From positions 300,499 through 364,498 of the forward strand of contig CAWGOT010000001.1 in NCBI GenBank assembly GCA_963824275.1: 64,000 nt of DNA. Reading direction: 5' to 3'. The notes under the pieces were generated by a model. It worked only from the letters and a program-made list of their open reading frames with translations. It did not search any database and had not been told where the DNA came from. This stretch comes from an uncultured Planctomycetia bacterium. Its GTDB lineage: Bacteria > Planctomycetota > Planctomycetia > Pirellulales > Thermoguttaceae. The position numbers and the translations under genes were made by a program. Of the stretch, positions 63,142 through 64,000 are shown piece after piece (position 1 is the first letter of the stretch; each line of letters begins with the position of its first letter).

Positions 63142-64000
63142 GTGTCACCCACAGGGGCAGTTGTTGCTATCATCTTTACGGCCGTTGCGGCCTTCGGGAT
63201 GGCATTCCTGCTGATCAGGATCTTCGACCACCTGCGGCGGAAGGACGCCGAGCGCGAGGCCGCCGAGATCGTGGCCAAGGCCAAGCAGGAGGCCGACAGC
63301 CGCCGCCGCGAGGGCGAGCTGCAAATCAAGGAGTTGCTGCTCAAGCAACAGGAAGAAAGCGAAAAGGAACTGCGCAAGATTCGCGGCGAGCTCCACGAAC
63401 GCGAACGCCTCCTCGACAAACGCCAGGACAGCCTGGAGGAACAGGCCGAACAGCTTCGCCGACAGGAGAAGAGCGTCGAGGCCACGCAGCGCAAGCTCAC
63501 GGAGAAGATCCAGGAGGTCAACCACCGCAAGGAGGATCTGTCGAAGCTCCTCGACTTGCAGCGGCAGACGCTTCACGAGCTCAGCGGGCTGAGTCAGGCC
63601 GAGGCCACGCGGCGCTTGTTGGAAATCCTCGACTCGCAACTCCAGCAAGAGACGGGCGCGGCAATCCTCCGCTGCGACAAGCAGTTGGCCGAGACCTGCG
63701 AACAGAAGGCCCGCGAGATCATCATCACTTCGCTCCAGCGCTATGCCGCCGCGCATACCGCCGAGTCGACGACCAGCACCGTCGGCATCCCCAACGACGA
63801 AATGAAAGGGCGGATCATCGGCCGCGAGGGCCGCAACATCCGTGCCTTCGAAAAGGCCACCGGCGTCGACCTGATCATCGACGACACTCCGGGCGTGGTC
63901 ATCGTCAGCGGTTTCGACATGATCCGCCGGGAAGTGGCCCGGCTGGCCCTGAACACGCTCATTGCCGACGGCCGCATCCACCCCGCGCGGATCGAGGAGA
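63142..64000 (+). CDS. rny: Ribonuclease Y (5' partial; runs off the window and is absent from the ORF track)
   Basis: My own translation starts at GTG 63142. It reads [25 protein letters not shown] (TM), then a coiled coil [26 protein letters not shown]..., then the KH domain [36 protein letters not shown]. Confidence 0.85.
   Translation, partial: MSPTGAVVAIIFTAVAAFGMAFLLIRIFDHLRRKDAEREAAEIVAKAKQEADSRRREGELQIKELLLKQQEESEKELRKIRGELHERERLLDKRQDSLEEQAEQLRRQEKSVEATQRKLTEKIQEVNHRKEDLSKLLDLQRQTLHELSGLSQAEATRRLLEILDSQLQQETGAAILRCDKQLAETCEQKAREIIITSLQRYAAAHTAESTTSTVGIPNDEMKGRIIGREGRNIRAFEKATGVDLIIDDTPGVVIVSGFDMIRREVARLALNTLIADGRIHPARIEE

Overview
This is a high-GC segment (about 60-65% by eye, not computed) of a bacterial chromosome. 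Its gene families and repeat content look like Planctomycetota, probably Pirellulales-like. That call is an inference from the DUF1559 pseudopilin-like protein, DUF1573, PEGA, LRR, ECF-type sigma factors and dense palindromic intergenic repeats.

About 60 protein genes are recognisable.
- **Housekeeping:** uvrB, gnd, eno, psd-pssA-ribE-rsmA, mutL, aroDE, polA, coaE, rho, ribH-nusB, ftsY, surE and a partial rny.
- **Envelope island (13.5-25.1 kb):** three GT-C and two GT2 glycosyltransferases surround a lower-GC core. The core encodes a MauE-thioredoxin fusion, a DUF1573 lipoprotein, an anchored exported protein and a Cys-rich secreted protein.
- **Other content:** an AAA+/VWA pair, five toxin-antitoxin-like modules, and one ISKra4-family IS. 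The IS has an 8-bp target duplication and interrupts a low-GC ORF.
- **Not found:** no tRNA, rRNA or CRISPR.

Three sequence-level signals stand out.
1. About 30 single-nucleotide frame breaks occur, including in essential genes. These are most likely consensus indel errors.
2. Nearly every short intergenic spacer carries its own 7-nt-periodic simple repeat, usually arranged as inverted arms.
3. At least five REP-like palindrome families sit at gene 3' ends, sometimes supplying stop codons or C-terminal tails.

All family assignments come from motif recognition in the translations. No database search was possible.
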